Assembly (NCBI GenBank): GCA_964016885.1
Contig: OZ024740.1
Coordinates: 422,158,001 to 422,222,000, forward strand
Direction of reading: 5' to 3'
Length of the DNA: 64,000 bases
Origin: Eledone cirrhosa
Taxonomy: Eukaryota
Shown here: positions 63,331-64,000 of the stretch, piece by piece
Position numbering within the stretch: position 1 is the first letter of the stretch
Layout of the letters: each line of letters starts with the position of its first letter
Notes under the pieces: model-generated
What the model was told of the DNA's origin: nothing
Database searches by the model: none
Seen by the model: only the letters and a program-made list of their open reading frames with translations
Position numbers and translations under genes: made by a program

Positions 63331-64000
63331 CCAATATCTGCCCTAAGGTAGCAGGTTTCTAGTTCAGTGTTGTTTTGTAACAGTTACTGTCTCAATATCT
63401 GCCCTAAGACAGCAGGTTTCTAGTTCAGTGTTGTTTTTTGAGACTTACTGTCCCAATATCTGCCCTAAGGTAGCAGGTTTCTCGTTCAGTGTTGTTATGT
63501 AAGAGTTACTGCATCAATATCTGCCCTAAGGTAGCAGGTTTCTAGTTCAGTGTAATTTTGTAACAGTTACTGCCTCAATATCTGCCCTAAGGTAGAAGGT
63601 TTCTAGTTCAATGTAATTTTGTAAGAGTTACTGCCTCAATATCTGCCCTAAGGTAGCAGGTTTCTAGTTCAGTGTTGTTTTGTAAGAGTTACTGACCCAT
63701 TATCTGCCCTAAGGTAGCAGGTTTCTAGTTCAGTGTAGTTTTGTAAGAGTTACTGTCTCAATATCTGCCCTAAGGTAGCAGGTTTCTAGTTCAGTGTAAT
63801 TTTGTAAGAGTTACTGCTTCAATATCTGCCCTAAAGTAGCAGGTTTCTACTTCAGAGTTGTTTTGTAAGAATTACTGTCTCAATATCTGCCCCAAGGTAG
63901 CAGGTTTCTAGTTCAGTGTGGTTTTGTAAGAGTTACTGCCTCAATATCTGCCCTAAGGTAGCAGGTTTCTAGTTCAGTGTTGTTTTGTAAGAGTTACTGA

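Larger units (their letters stand above)
1..64000. repeat. 61-bp tandem satellite DNA array, about 1,049 monomers, single orientation
   Basis: AGAGTTACTG recurs at 1, 62, 123 and so on up to 63990. Each 60-nt line shifts one base against the previous one. Most monomers differ from consensus by only a few substitutions, and no non-satellite insert was seen. Confidence 0.99.

Noticed and set aside
1-64000. CRISPR or other guide-RNA array (GTTTTGTAAGAGTTA resembles the start of type II repeats)
   Set aside because: There are no unique spacers; variable sites are a few recurrent substitutions, and no cas or other gene is present.
1-64000. Repetitive protein-coding ORF
   Set aside because: The + strand consensus has stops in all three frames (positions 26, 31, 42, 60). 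The - strand has one open frame per monomer, but 61 is not a multiple of 3, so it hits a stop in the next monomer.
1-64000. Known 61-bp human subtelomeric repeat, alpha satellite with CENP-B box, or telomeric repeat
   Set aside because: The consensus is AT-rich and CpG-free, with no TTCG....A..CGGG box. TTAGGG occurs once per monomer on the minus strand (CCCTAA) but never in tandem.
1-64000. Transposon insertion or strand inversion in the array
   Set aside because: Every line read matches the monomer in the same orientation, and the phase arithmetic is satisfied by the small indels listed.

Overview
The whole 64 kb window is one head-to-tail satellite DNA array of a 61-bp monomer (consensus AGAGTTACTGCCTCAATATCTGCCCTAAGGTAGCAGGTTTCTAGTTCAGTGTTGTTTTGTA; 41% GC, no CpG, T-rich on the + strand). 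It holds about 1,049 copies in one orientation and runs off both ends of the window. I found no genes, RNA genes, mobile elements or unique sequence. As a check, the last monomer starts at 63990, which matches 1049x61 once twenty 1-bp deletions, one 16-bp deletion (56042/56043) and one 36-bp duplication (47465-47536) are counted. Monomer variants recur in fixed orders, forming higher-order modules (a 12-mer and a 13-mer), which were re-amplified as near-identical blocks at offsets of 976, 1524, 2196, 2684, 3170, 5122, 8720 and 10184 bp. The most unusual signal is that several common variants restore or perfect pairing in two imperfect inverted repeats inside the monomer. The array is probably eukaryotic heterochromatin (inference); I cannot name the organism or satellite family, and I see no protein-based system here.
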